DNA of 63,910 nucleotides, filler included, from Lenisia limosa (GCA_001655205.1; 12 parts of 12 records of this genome joined end to end with filler, not necessarily neighbours in it), one strand, 5' to 3'. Numbered from the whole stretch's first letter, positions 39,541-53,510 are shown. Program-made: numbers and translations. The notes: generated from the letters alone by a model not told the origin.

Positions 39541-40419
39541 GCTTTGATGGCCTTAATTGGTTTTGTGTTTTATGGATCTAAGAATGTATTTTATGGAAGT
39601 GTGAAATTGGACATCTTTCATCTGGGCATTTTCAAAGATTAAGTGGATTGTTTTGTTTTCGCTATACAAATCAAACCCGATCTTTACATATTGAAACCAA
39701 CAAGACATCATGGGGCTTGTCTAAAAATGTGGTGGCTCTTTAAAAAACGTCTGTAGTTGCAAAATTATCCTTTTATTTTGGATACGGAGGCATATGAATA
39801 CTATTTACTTGGATCATATCTCCGACTGAAGGCTCATTTATTGTGCATCAAAAAAAAAGGGGGGGGAGGGGGTAGCAATAACACAATCTTCTCATCCAAT
39901 CTCTCCAACCGCAACCTGCTTTAAGGTAGGATAGATAAAACAAGTGATCTAATAATACCATATAATTAGTGTTGCCCGAACATTGATTCTCCAAAGTACA
40001 TGTTTATCCCATGAGTCTGCCAAGTTAACCAAAAGGAAAATTCGCCCACTATCATTTGGAAGAGAAATCAGAAATAAAAAGAGGATCAAAATGACATCTA
40101 GCCAATGCGTGGTAAAAGAAAACCATGCATAAAAACACTACACAAAGCACAACGACCCTGCCACTTAAGGCAAGGTTTAGAGCTCATCAAGGGCACGGAT
40201 AAGATCGCTGATCAGATCCTCTTCGTTCTCAAGACCGATGGAAATACGGACAAGNNNNNNNNNNNNNNNNNNNNNNNNNNNNNNNNNNNNNNNNNNNNTT
40301 AATTAATTAANNNNNNNNNNNNNNNNNNNNNNNNNNNNNNNNNNNNNNNNNNNNTATATACTATATTCTACCAATATAATTAATCACCCCTGTCTACCGG
40401 AATAGAATAAAGTAATAAA

Positions 40420-43400
40420 GATTCCGAGTCCCCCACCAGTGAGAGCAGCTAGGCGCGCTTCTCTCAAAGTCAGCTTGAGGTGCTTCTTGTGTAGGCCTGA
40501 TTTGGCACCAACAACACGCTGAAGGCGCATGAATGTCGCATATGAGGCTCTGAAGATGTTAATATTGAGCGTACTGTTTCTAAGAGATCTGTCCTAAGTT
40601 ATTTTGTGCTTGGGTGATAAAGCGTCCCATCTTACCCAAGACACATGGCAATGATGATGAAGATAAAATGCCGCAATACGTCGGACAATCCTGGGCTTGT
40701 TAGAGCTTTGGAGGTTTGATTGTGATTAGAAAAATTGTTTCGAATCAAAATACCCTTGTGACAACCCCCCCTCTCCATCATTCAAAAGAAATACCTCTCC
40801 CCACCAATACTCTCGGCCGCCTGGAGGGTTGAGACGAGGCCGAAGGCGACGGCAAGCCAGCGCGAGGGTGTGCGTGGAAGGCCGGATGACATGGCAGTCA
40901 GAAACACGTGGAGCAGTGCGGTTCCCTGGAAATAAGTCATTCATGTTTGAGTGTTTATTGTTAGCCCATGTGATATGTGATAGCTCCTTGTTCCCTGGCA
41001 AAAAAGTAATGAGAAATAAACTAAGTTTGTTTCTGGCCGAAGTCGTCCACACCATCACGCCTATAAAAGATTGAATTATAATAATAATTCACCCAATCAT
41101 TTACCTTAAAACTCTGTTTACCCCCCCCCCCCANNNNNNNNNNNNNNNNNNNNNNNNNNNNNNNNNNNNNNNNNNNNNNNNNNNNNNNNNNNNNNNNNNN
41201 NNNNNNNNNNNNNNNNNNNNNNNNNNAAAAAAAAGGCAAAACGGCTACAGATTAGGGCTACACCCGTGCCGGAGGGATGCTGGTCCGAGTATCGTCGGCT
41301 GATGTACGATACTAGAATCAGCAGAAGACCACATGCGAGAATGACTTGGGCGGTTGCTGTCATGACCCATGCCGCCGTAACACTCCACATCCCGGCTGCA
41401 ATCATTGTTGTCAGTGCTGCAGCTCGTATGTCGGAAGCCAGGCCGGCTCGGAGTACCAACGCTCCGATTGCCGCTTCTTCGAGGGCAAACGCGAGGGTTG
41501 ATGACGTGGCACTGGCCGGGAGTGGCGGTCGGATCGCGGGTGTAGTTGCCGACGGTATTACCGTCTTGTTAATCTTGTAATCTATGAAACTGGTAGTGTC
41601 CAGCGAAGACGCGCGTACGTGGCGTCTGCGCTCACGTAACGAGTTCCTTTGTTCCGAGCTCTGTTGTGAAGGCCACCCGGGTTGGGTCACCGGGCTTTTT
41701 AGGGGTGACAGCGACCGGATTGATGGGGATGGAGGCTCGTTTCGGCTCCGATAGGCGGACCTGGGGGACCGCGGGGTGAAGGCCTCCTTATTGGGTAGCG
41801 GCGTTACGGGGGTGGATTCGGACGTGGAGGAAACTGCGCCGGCTCCGGCCTTGAGCAGCTGGTCTATGGCCACCATGTGCGAAGTGTCTGGATGGTGACA
41901 AAAAATATTACGAAAAAATCAACAGATATTGAAATAGAAATGACGACAAAGCTATGGGGGCTTGTTTTGAGTTACTGCGGATAATGGGGTTAGGTGGTGG
42001 CCCATAAATGAGGATACAATTGATACTCTAACAAACCCATCATAACTAGGCAAAAAAGACCGGTAAAACATCGATATTCACCGAGGATTTATCGAGACAT
42101 TCAGTCTTTTTTGGGACAGTAGGGAAGCCCTAGAACCTTCCCCCATCAATGTCAATGAGTACAAACATAAAGAATTTCCGTCATTTAAGATTGACAAGGA
42201 TAACCTCAAGCAAACCCTTTCTGGACTTCCTGGGAGTCTTCTTCTCAGAGGTCGCGGAATAGAGTGCCCTGAGAAGATAGCCGCTTCCCATTCGTTTGAC
42301 CGAGTCCTAGGGAGTCAGTACCTTTTGGTGGTGGGAAATATCAAACAAGGGTATGTACTGTACATTACTCGTAGTGCATGTGTCTGTGAGGGAATATAAT
42401 TTATAGCGATGTGAAATACACAATATGGTTGTATCTAGCCAACACCATCACGCTTATTTTAGTATAATTAACTCACCCAATCATTTGCCTGTATTTATAA
42501 TGCTTGGGAAAGCTTTTGAAGTCATTAAAAAGACACTCTCACTGTCTGAGCACCAGAGCCGCGTTGCAACGCCACCACAACATTCGTGTGGTTTGCTTGG
42601 CGGAACCAAAGCATGGCTGTACGGGTAGCTGAAAAAGCAGTCAAGGCCATAGCCAGGAAAAGGGAGAAGCTCATGATGCCCTGGGCTAGGCTGTGGCTAT
42701 GGGTGTGAAAAAAACAAAGAAGGGGAAGTTAATAGCCCCACCACCCACAACAACAAAAACTCAATGAAATGGGCTGAAAGAGGATAAACGATTCAACTGA
42801 TTAGAACAATTGCTTCATTAGGAAAGAAGACACCCCCGCCAACTCGCTACTGGAAGCGGAATACCAAGCAGTGGCCGAGGAAAGAGCCGCTAACGCCAGG
42901 CCTCCAGACGAGAGCCACCTAGAGAGGTTCGACGACCAAGCCCGGACCAGCTGATTGGCCTGTGCGGGTGACGAGAACAGAATACCAATACAATCAAGGT
43001 AATAACTACTAGAAATGAGAAAATAAACTCACACCGAAAACAGACGGCTTATCACTTGGGCTTCACTTCGGTTCGGAAAAAATGGGGGAAATATCGATAG
43101 TTTTCGAGGATTTATCGAAGTCTATTTTTGAACTGAAGTGAAGCCCTACTATAACTATGACCGGATAACGATTTTTCTCTCCGAACCCAATATTAACACA
43201 TTTCATGATATCCCACATAAACATGAATGAGTCATTTTTACACTTCTAATCCCTTATTGCAACCATTTACCCGCCATACTTGTAAGAGGGAAACGAAGAG
43301 TAGCGTCAGAATGGCAGCGGCAGTTTGTTGGCTGAAGACAGCCGAGGCCACCATCACTGCCGTCATTGTTGACTACAAGGGTCATGTTGGGTGCTAGTTG

Positions 43401-45678
43401 TTATTGTTTTACAACTCTAATTTGTAAACAAACGCTCAATGGTTTTTTTTTTATCTGGGAATGATAATGGTGGCCCCCCTCGCCAACAGTTTGAATAGCA
43501 ACCCAATATCGCCGCCTTGCGAGCAGCACGAACGTGAGAAGGTGGAGGAGGTACGAGAAGTCGAGGAAAGCGCTTCGCCGGGTGACGGCCAATATAGCCA
43601 AGGGGATAACTGTACTGGTCAAGAGGGGAAATGTTATTATGATGTCAGTTGCTGTGAAAGGAAGCAAGGAAAGTATGTGTCGCTGTATTTGGATATAACA
43701 ACGGGGTGGTGGATTAACTAGTTTGCATTTTCGAAAAAAAACCCGTTATAATAAATCTCTCACATATAGCATTGAAAGTAAGCGACATTGCCGCACCCGC
43801 AGCTAGGGTCCACCATGAGGCTTGGAAACACTCCAATGAAGGCTCAGCCGTGAGCCAAAAGGACCCGTCCGACTGTTCGGTGCACTGCGGGAGTGAGTGA
43901 CACACACACACACACACACACACACANNNNNNNNNNNNNNNNNNNNNNNNNNNNNNNNNNNNNNNNNATTTTTGTGACTGAGAAAAAAACTTGACTGAGG
44001 CCCAAATTGAGGGATGAGGGTGATGTATGTGAGGGAAAAGAGGAAGAGGGAAGGGTGAAATGACCAATATCATTTCATACTAATTGTAAATACTATTTTA
44101 AAAACTCTTACACCACAACCCACATTGAAGATTTGTGCGGCGAGAAAACTGGAATAAGGTGCGGATGCCACCAGCAAGCACGCGCAAATTGACGCCACAC
44201 TTGCTCCAACAGTGGTTTGGAGATCAGCAGCGATTGATGGGTCAACCCAATCCGCCTCAGCATAGTTCATGAGCAGACGTCCAGCCGCCTCCATGGGTGC
44301 TTGGCTGATGCTGCTACCGAGGCGCGCCGTCATGCCGATTTTGGGCTGAATCATGAGGAACTTCAGGGTCTGAGTTGTAGCATGTTTATTTTTCAAGGAA
44401 TCACAGTGTGTATATCTTAATTCAAAAAAATAAAGGATGAAGAAGAGGATACAAACCAAAGACGACAAAGTCAACAACCTACCTCTGGAGAGGGCGGGAG
44501 TGCTTCAGTCGAGGCTGCTGGCGAGGCAAAGTGGATGATTTGCCATGTCAGGGTTGGAAGTTGTTCGTGTGGTGGTAAGGGGGTCTCGAAGATACGACTG
44601 CGTCCATTATTCAGGCAATATAATGAACTATATGCACATAATAGATCGGTCAAGGGATTAAAAAAGTGCAAGCTACAACAAATGAGAAAAGAAAAATCAT
44701 TGGACTGGTTCCCCCTACCCATGAATCCAGATGTAGAAGCGAACAGCCAAATGCATTGCTACCGCAATAAGCCCCAAAATGATAGGGTGCAAGAAAGCGA
44801 GCACACGTGCGGTCATAAAGTCGAGCTGGTGTGTGAGAAATGAGGGCTGGTAGCATAAGTCATAGGATTAAGTATTATTCTATTGGAGTCAAGAGCAAGA
44901 CAAGCAAAATGTCCTGTTTTGGGGACATTATTTTCAACAGCGTATTTCCAAAGAAAAAAAAAGACAGCAGAAAGCGTACTCCAAAATCGCAGGGAAGCAG
45001 TGAGTGGGGAAGGCGGACGAGAACCAGGTCCATAATGGGCGAGATGCCATGCCAAACTGCCTCTGGATGTACCACTGATACCACTGAACGTATTAGACTA
45101 TTCACGCTATTGCTCCCCCCCCCCCCCCCNNNNNNNNNNNNNNNNNNNNNNNNNNNNNNNNNNNNNNNNNNNNNNNNNNNNNNNNNNNNNNNNNNNNNNN
45201 NNNNNNNNNNNNNNAACGGCGTGGGAAACCTAAAAGGAGGAGTAAAAAATGGGACCTTTCTTATGAGACGCAAAACCTTTTTTAGAGAGATCACTGAAAA
45301 AGTTGGCGCCATGCGAGCGAAAATTGACAATTTATGAAACAATAAACTCAGTTGGCTTGATATTTGAGATCCTAAGCCTACCATTGCAAGGCCCAAAATG
45401 ACGGAAGCAGCCACGGCCACTGTGCGGCCGACAGCCACGTCAGCACATTCGGAACAGATCCCGTCGGTTCGGAAACAGCTGTTTGATCAGAGAAAGGGGG
45501 TGATCCGATATCTGGGAGAAAAGAGGAGTTTATATTTAATAACGGGGAGATGAAAAGCTAGTGATCCACTACCAATTATTAATATGCACAATTACAGGAC
45601 AACATAAAGGCCGCCCGCGCACTTATCAGCGCACTGTCTGCACGCGAATCCGTCATAATACGGGGCACATTGCCGGGA
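40420..45678 (-). CDS. Cys-rich extracellular plus multi-TM receptor/TRP-like membrane protein, partial
   Basis: QCAPYYDGFACRQCADKC and CSEC precede TM1. Later CTEQSDGSFWLTAEPSLECFQASWW resembles the C...dg...L...P...C...w loop of protist multi-TM proteins. Several hydrophobic exons and a long S/P-rich exon (41260-41876). Confidence 0.6.
43057..43147. mobile_element. hAT-like MITE copy
   Basis: TTGGGCTTCACTTCGGTTCG...GAACTGAAGTGAAGCCCTA. Confidence 0.75.
43899..43926. repeat. (CA)n microsatellite at a gap edge
   Basis: Direct observation. Confidence 0.9.
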
Positions 45679-46919
45679 NNNNNNNNNNNNNNNNNNNNNN
45701 NNNNNNNNNNNNNNNNNNNNNNTTAATTAATTAANNNNNNNNNNNNNNNNNNNNNNNNNNNNNNNNNNNNNNNNNNNNAAATATTATATACTAGATACTA
45801 TCTATATGATATATGATATATATATCATATGTATATATGTATATGCTCAAGATCCAAAATTATGTCGGAAATTCGAATTAATGTCTTTAATTATTTCGCC
45901 AAATCAGCTATTTCCCTTCAAAACAGTAATATATTTTTGAGATACACACTTTATTTGTTTATGAAGGTAAACAAAGGAAAAAAAAATTTTAGTGCCACGC
46001 TCGCGCAATTTTTTTTCAGTTTATGCTCGTATTTTCCTCATATGTCCTTTTTTACGAGTTAAATTGTTGTGAAGTTGACCGTAACAGAGAATCACAGAAA
46101 ATTGATTTCACAATAATTCGAATTAACGACATAGTTTACGAGCATATATATATATATATATCTGCTGCCCTTATGTACATATGATATGTACTATCATATA
46201 TCTCAAATCAAAATTGTTCCCTTATACTTGTAGATCTTCTGAGCTTGGTTATGAATAGCAACCGTCTCAATTAAGACTGTGTTCTGATATGGTGGTCTGA
46301 TAGATGTATTTTATTCGAGAAACCTGGGAAAGCAACCGTCGATCTTGGAGTAACATGAGATTTAATGAACACAGTCCCGCTTTCGTAATACATAAGAATC
46401 CTCCAAAAATAAGTATCATCGAGGAACACAAGGGGAGGGGGATTATTCTCTAATAATACGTACTTATTAAATTCAACAATTCAATATTCAACCCTACACT
46501 GATGATCCCATTCCATGTCTTCACTCTGAGTAGTTTGAATGCTTGTTTTATCAATGTTTCCAGATATTCCAGATTATGATTATTATGTTTTATTCAATAC
46601 ATTTTGATTTCCAGATTCCAAAATTCCATCCCTTTCCCCCTACAGTATGACAGAACGGAAAGTGTTTTGAGACGAGAGAGAGACCAACTAGTCTCAGCTA
46701 GCTAATAATAAATTAATTAGGATCAGTTGATGATTAAGAATACGGATTTTTTTAGTTTAAGGGCTGCGGATGGGTAGGGAGTGCGTGGAGCAGGGTGGAG
46801 TGCGGATTTAAAGGGGGGTGCGGATTTAGGGGGGTGCAATTTGAGGTGTGTGAGTTTAGGGTGTGGGGGGGTGGTAGTCAAAATTAGAAGGGTTCCCTGG
46901 TTGAAGATCTGAGAAGATC

Positions 46920-48345
46920 TCAGATGAACCTTTTGCCGCCACCTGGCACCTGGAGACATGGAGCCCCTGTTTGAATCAAACGTATAAATATATAGATTAT
47001 AGATATTAGTGAATTAGTGATTCTCCTCATAGTTTGCCAAGAATGATTAGTTTCCTGCCTTACTTGCTGTGCCTCCTCATTACAGGCTCCTACGCAGCAG
47101 GTAACACTATACATATTTTTTGATCTTTATTAACACCATTCTAGACAGTAAAGTCGGAGGTTACATTTTGAAGGGCGGTCGTTTAAATGCCTATAACATC
47201 GACCACAGTGGATTTGACTCTTTAATTGAGCCAAACACACAGTTTGGCTTTGAGGTTGACGGATCAGTTGCAATTGGTAAGACATTTGTTGCCCTTTGGT
47301 TCCTTTTCCCGCTTTAGCCTCAAATCAAGCCCATCTAACCTCAACTTACACTGTGTAGGCGTCTCTGCATTTGATGAGCTGAAGAACGTTTATACAGCGG
47401 TTGTTAGCAAAAACGGCATTTACTCCATCGGTATGTTCTGCATGACAACGATTAGCCCCTCTTTTTACATTTTAACTTGATTATTCAAGGAAAGATATGT
47501 GAAAAAAAAAGTAATATTCATGGGACCGGTTTAATTTCACATCTTACAGTCAACAAAAATACTGACAACATCTCCACCTTTGCTCTTCCTTCTGAAATCA
47601 GGGTACTCTCAGTGGAGAAAGACGTGGGGGGGGGGGGGGNNNNNNNNNNNNNNNNNNNNNNNNNNNNNNNNNNNNNNNNNNNNNNNNNNNNNNNNNNNNN
47701 NNNNNNNNNNNNNNNNNNNNNNNNNNNNNNNNNNNNNTTGCCAGATTTCTTGGAGTACCCTCGCAAACAGCGACACACTCATTATTAATCACCCATTAGC
47801 TTTTCCAAAGCCCGCCCCTCCTTGTGGTTCTTGCCATCAACTCCAGCACTAAGCGTTTCGTTGTCATGAAGTATCCCTATACCAGCGATGTGGAGATGAC
47901 CGCTGTGAGTCGGGTGAGATGCAAGGATAGCATCCTTTATACCTACACATTTGCTCTGTATTCTTCCCTCATACCGCAGGTTGGTATGACTTCGGTTGAT
48001 CTTGATGCGTCCTACGAATATTCTGCCCTGGGTGTTTCAGCCTTTGACCCGATTGAGCGCATCCTGTACGCAATAGTCGCCAAGAACGACCTATCACAGT
48101 GGCTCATCAGTGTCAACGTGGCATCAATGACCGAGAAGGCCTCCGTGGCCTTGAGCATGAGCCTGACGTCCATGGACTTCTGGGCTGGTCACCATCTCTA
48201 CGCTGTCGCTCTCCATTCGGATGTTGGGGGGGTTGTCTTCTCCGTCTTCATTTATGTACCAGAGGCTCTGGTTTGACGGTTTTAGCCAACACCACATTTC
48301 TCGCTGTATAAGCTTGTTGAAGGAGCGTTTGTCTTTGTACACCAG
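46920..48345 (+). CDS. Beta-rich repeat protein (possible beta-propeller), partial
   Basis: Multi-exon, with the internal repeat GVSAFDELKNVYTAVVSKN / GVSAFDPIERILYAIVAKN. Confidence 0.5.
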
Positions 48346-48599
48346 TGAGCGGGTGTGTCACATCACTATCTTGAAATTTNNNNNNNNNNNNNNNNNNNNN
48401 NNNNNNNNNNNNNNNNNNNNNNNTTAATTAATTAANNNNNNNNNNNNNNNNNNNNNNNNNNNNNNNNNNNNNNNNNNNNTCGCAATTCATCGATTGGGTC
48501 ATCGAAAAAAAAAATCCAGTAAATCACTCCGGTACCAAAAATACCGATAAAATATCGTTAGTCTTCAAGAATATCGAGAACTCAGTCAAAACCCCCTTC

Positions 48600-49844
48600 C
48601 CACCCAGGTCCGCTCTCGGCCACGTTTGAATAGCCTCAATGACTTTGGCAATGTCTTTGCCTGCCCGGGCCGGATTGGAGTCGCAGACCGTCAACAGCTG
48701 AATTGGCATAAATGCAGCGGCAAGTGTAGGGGGGGGGGGGNNNNNNNNNNNNNNNNNNNNNNNNNNNNNNNNNNNNNNNNNNNNNNNNNNNNNNNNNNNN
48801 NNNNNNNNNNNNNNNNNNNNNNNNNNNNNNNNNNNNNNNNNNNNNNNNNNNNNNNNNNNNNNNNNNNNNNNNNNNNNNNNNNNNNNNNNNNNNNNNNNNN
48901 NNNNNNNNNNNNNNNNNNNNNNNNNNNNNNNCTGAATCTGCCGAAGCCGTCACATTATCACGCTTACAAGAGACAATGAATTGTAGTATACCATAAATTT
49001 TGTCTAACAACTCTGTGCACACAGCAGTCTGTGTGCCTCCCCAGCATACAATAGCCAGACGAATACCTCCAACCCCCATACGTTGAATACAATAGCAAGG
49101 CTCGATTTTCTGAAGTCTGGTTTGGCCATATTAGCATAGCAGTAGTCCATGAGCCGGCCTTGGCGACTAACCGCAACCTAAAAGTGTATTAAAATCTGAA
49201 GGATTGGAAGGTATTATGAGTTTTAGGACATTTGAAGGATTCATACCTAATATGTGTATGATTACCATTCCCCCATACATTTTCCACACTGCTAACACAT
49301 GCTACGGCCAATTCACTGGCAGCCAGGAAAACCTGATAATGATCGGATTCAGTGAAGGGTTCTGGAAGATTAGAAACAACCACGAAATGTTTCCCAGCAT
49401 AAATTTGGGACCGAAAGTGAAGCGCTATTTCCCAGCATTAATTTTGGACATAGGGGATATTTTCGTTGAATAAAGCAAAAAACGGAGAATGACACGCTGG
49501 CTGGCTTCTCAATACCGTCCATTATTCCAGCTTTTGGCTTGCCTTTAATGACAATTCAGGATAATAAATGTGGTACACAGGCCCCATTATACTAAACGTA
49601 GTGTCCTTCAGACCAGCCTACTGTCCTTACACCCGTGCCGGAAATGGGCCTCCGCAGACTCCAACGCAGCCGGGGACAGAAGCTCAGTCACTGCATCAAG
49701 GACGCCGGCCTCGCGAACAACACTCAGGTATACTCTGGGGAAGGGGGTAAATTGTTCAGGAAATGGAGAGCCTATTCCAATGTGCTTTAATTTGTTTTGT
49801 TTTGTTTAGTTTTGTTTTGTTTTGTTTTGTTTTGTTTTGTTTTG

Positions 49845-49875
<31 letters not shown>

Positions 49876-51400
49876 GAAAGGAAATTCTCTGCAGCTCTCC
49901 CCATCATACTCGGAATCGAATAGGACAAGACACTGTAGCGACTTCAGAATTCGGGTCTGGGCTGACGGCTTCACGTCTGACACAAGTTAGTTATGATCGA
50001 GGGTATTACCATTAAGGGGTACCGAAGTGTCCAAGTGAGCATATCAAAAAAAAAAAAAAAAAAAAANNNNNNNNNNNNNNNNNNNNNNNNNNNNNNNNNN
50101 NNNNNNNNNNNNNNNNNNNNNNNNNNNNNNNNNNNNNNNNNNNNNNNNNNNNNNNNNNTATTGTATCGAGGATTTATCGAGAAGGTCAGCAAAATAAAGA
50201 TCTACCAACACCATCATACGCGGTAATGATGAGGCCAACGTGACGATCTCGTGGAAGGGTACAACGCTCACAACCGTTGCGACATATTCCATTGTCTTCA
50301 GCGCTTGCATCTAAGGAGTGAATGGAATTGTCTATTGAATAAAAAAAAAAAACCCCCAAGNNNNNNNNNNNNNNNNNNNNNNNNNNNNNNNNNNNNNNNN
50401 NNNNNNNNNNNNNNNNNNNNNNNNNNNNNNNNNNNNNNNNNNNNNNNNNNNNNNNNNNNNNNNNNNNNNNNNNNNNNNNNNNNNNNNNNNNTTTTATAAC
50501 GTTTTAGATACTTTATCTTTATGATCCAATTTTCAATAGAGACTTTATCTCTATGATCCCAGTTTCAATACTGCAAAAACGACACAATTCAAAAGAAGCA
50601 AAACCATGGCATACACGTACATACATAAGCCCAATTACCTGAGTGTCTGGAGAGAACTTATCCAAAGCGGACATGGCGGGCTATAAGGTGAATAAAAGCC
50701 CAGGAAAATCTAAAACACCAGCTACATGTATGTATCCTAGATTTCGTCAAAGAGGATTAGTGAATACTAGAAAAAGAGCAATTTCTACCCTAAAATCGAC
50801 TATGATGTCATGTTTTTAGGACTTCCTTAATTAAGGTCCGCAAAAGACCGGTAAAATATCGATATTTAAAGAGGATTTATCGAGAAATTCATTATTTTTT
50901 TCGGAATTACCAATAATATTAAATATAGGATTTCGAGGTGAGAATGGAATGTACCTTGAAACAACTTTAGTAAATATTGAGAAACATCACATCTTATTTC
51001 CCAACAGGGATGCCTCCAACCCCTCCAACATACCTGTAAGGGATGTAGGTGGTTCATGATGGCATAATTACGGCTGGAAACAGCGAAAAGGCGCAGGATA
51101 GCGTCTAATGCCATACCACGACCTTCAGGCGACTGGCACTGTTTTGTTATCATTTTGGTGACGTATCAATCAAATCGGATAATCATATTGATTAAAAACT
51201 TGTCATGCATATAATAGCCAGTACTTTAAAACCCCAGTTGTCTGAGCATGTTTGTTGGGACCAGAAAGATGGTGAACTATGCCTGAATAGGACCCCCATA
51301 CCTTGGAAAGAAACGAGATAATGGCGTCAACAGCGGGCAGGTTACGGACTTCTGTGTCGTCGTCTGACCCTGAAAATTGTCACAGTGGCTCAAATGGAAT
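48600..51400 (-). CDS. Multi-exon helical (ARM/HEAT-like) protein, partial
   Basis: AG/GT-bounded exons such as VYLSVVREAGVLDAVTELLSPAAL, SAQTRILKSLQCLVLFDSE and AILRLFAVSSRNYAIMNHLHPLQ. No specific family recognised. Confidence 0.45.
49790..49872. repeat. (TTTTG)n microsatellite
   Basis: Direct observation. Confidence 0.9.
51244..51291 (+). rRNA. 48-nt fragment of LSU (25S/28S) rRNA inside an intron; not a functional rRNA gene
   Basis: GAGCATGTTTGTTGGGACCAGAAAGATGGTGAACTATGCCTGAATAGG closely matches the conserved eukaryotic LSU segment, recalled from memory as ...GTTGGGACCCGAAAGATGGTGAACTATGCCTGAATAGG. The flanks are not rRNA. Confidence 0.75.
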
Positions 51401-51551
51401 ACCTTCGGGCGGATCCTACAAGGGCTTCATTTCGGGTCAGTATACATGACANNNNNNNNNNNNNNNNNNNNNNNNNNNNNNNNNNNNNNNNNNNNTTAAT
51501 TAATTAANNNNNNNNNNNNNNNNNNNNNNNNNNNNNNNNNNNNNNNNNNNN

Positions 51552-53510
51552 GAACCATCTATTCCTAGTCTCCCTGTTAACAGCACTAAGTAGCAAGACG
51601 CGGTGGCCGTCCTGCAGGATTTTGAACGCATTTGCACGGTAATTCGTGGCCTCCTCGATTGTCATGTTCTCGTAGGGATACTCGTTTTTGGCAGCTTTGC
51701 TTTGTGACGATCTATGATCGTGAGATGGAATTTCCCTCTTCAGACAATTACGGCTTCACTATGGTCCGAAAACGACAGTCAAAATATCGATAATTATGGG
51801 AAAGTTTTTTTTTGTACTGTAAAGAAGCCCTTGATATAATACTGTTCAGATTATACCCATCCTAGGTAATTGATTCAACCAATATACATTTCTCATCTTT
51901 ACCAATTTAACACCCCATCTGATATAAATAATACCGTCACCCCCCCCCCCCNNNNNNNNNNNNNNNNNNNNNNNNNNNNNNNNNNNNNNNNNNNNNNNNN
52001 NNNNNNNNNNNNNNNNNNNNNNNNNNNNNNNNNNNNNNNNNNNNNNNNNNNNNNNNNNNNNNNNNNNNNNNNNNNNNNNNNNAAACATTAGAAGCAAATC
52101 AAAACGCAAATATTTCGAAAAATGAATAAAGGTGAAAGAGTGCCATATTTCGAAATGTCTTGTACCATATTTTCGAACAATGAACACTAAAGGTGCAAGA
52201 GTGCCAATTGAGTGCATTTGTTCTTCTCCTACTGCGACATTATCCCTCCTTTATCTCCTCCCCCACCTAGGGCTTCACTTTGGCTCGAAAGACTAAATTT
52301 ATCGATAAATCCTCGAAAACTATCAATATTTGTCTGAATTTTTTCGAACCGAAGTGAGAGCACAATCCTCCCCCCTCACCCCTCCTTAAAGGACTTTCTC
52401 ACCTCTCCTTAAAGGACTTTCTCACCTCTCCTTAAAGGACTTTCTCACCCCTCCTTAAAGGACTTTCTCACCTCTCCTTAAAGGGCTTTCTCACCCCTCC
52501 TTAAAGGGCTTTCTCACCTCTCCTTAAAGGGCTTTCTCATGGAGCTTTCCTGCCCCCCNNNNNNNNNNNNNNNNNNNNNNNNNNNNNNNNNNNNNNNNNN
52601 NNNNNNNNNNNNNNNNNNNNNNNNNNNNNNNNNNNNNNNNTTTGAGGCTCGGCGGTAACCACTCAGTGCTGAGGTACTACGGGGAAGTCAGGTTGAGGAG
52701 GGGAGAGTAAAATGGGGAAATTAATGAAACAAAGATTAGCACATACAAGAATGCTGTGTACCTCCTCCACACCCATGAAATAATAGCGATGCAAAGGAAG
52801 CCTCCCCAACCTGCTGATGCGCATTTTGAACCTCCGAATGGTCGATATGGCCTCCCCAGATCCTGGAAAATAAAAGACCGAAAATCTGAAGGATTGGGTA
52901 TTTGTTGTTGGTTTTTTGTAAGACAAAAGTAAAAGGGGGGGATGGACAATGAAAAATCCTCCTATAAATCCTCGATAAATCCTCGATAAATCCACAAGAA
53001 ACTGACTATCACCCCCCCCCCCTTATAAGCCTCTTATTCAAACTATTCAAGCTCTACTACCCACCCGGTGAGTCTATTCAAGCTCTACTCCACCCACCCT
53101 GTGAGTCTATTCAAGCTCTACTCCACCCACCCGGTGAGTCTGTTTTTGAGGCTGTTCAAGGCGGCTTCCACAGCGTCTATCGCCTCAATCGCATCCACTG
53201 GGTTGACTAGGTGCAGCTTTTGGACCGAGTCTGAGGGGGGGGGGTAAAATTGGAAACTTTATGAAACAAAAAAGCCCATAATCAACTCTGTTGGCTAACA
53301 ACACACGAAGGTTGATAACAACAGAACAAACAAAGCCCAGGCTAGTTGCTTTTGCAGCACCGCATTCCCATCACTGAAGAGCAAAGTGAAGTGAAAACAA
53401 CACCTCTTCACAATGAGGTCAATGTAACTTCCCTAATCAGCTTCAAATACACCTCGCAAACTTTTGATGTCTTTTGAGAAGACTCCGACTTCGGCTGAAG
53501 TGGTCATGTG
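51552..53510 (-). CDS. Fragmentary gene with a PH-like C-terminal exon
   Basis: AFKILQDGHRVLLLSAVNRETRNRW resembles a PH-domain end. Upstream helical exon SVQKLHLVNPVDAIEAIDAVEAALNSLK. Confidence 0.35.
52381..52540. repeat. Minisatellite, 23-bp unit x7
   Basis: CTCCTTAAAGG(A/G)CTTTCTCACC(T/C) repeated. Confidence 0.9.
53231..53375 (-). repeat. Family B repeat, full length, ending at an AG acceptor
   Basis: Reverse complement GTGATGGGAATGCGGTGCTGCAAAAGCAAC...TTTCATAAAGTTTCCAATTTTACCCCCCCCCCTCAG followed by an open exon. Confidence 0.85.

Noticed and set aside
49756-49990. ORFs with KQNKT or FCFVL repeats (also 57309-57675)
   Set aside because: These are translations of (TTTTG)n microsatellites, not proteins.
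52381-52540. 23-bp repeats as a possible CRISPR array
   Set aside because: Head-to-tail units with no spacers, in a eukaryotic intron; this is a minisatellite.
53231-53375. Family B repeat as a box C/D snoRNA (starts GTGATGG)
   Set aside because: The C box is imperfect, there is no consistent terminal CTGA, and the copies are too variable; kept only as an alternative hypothesis.
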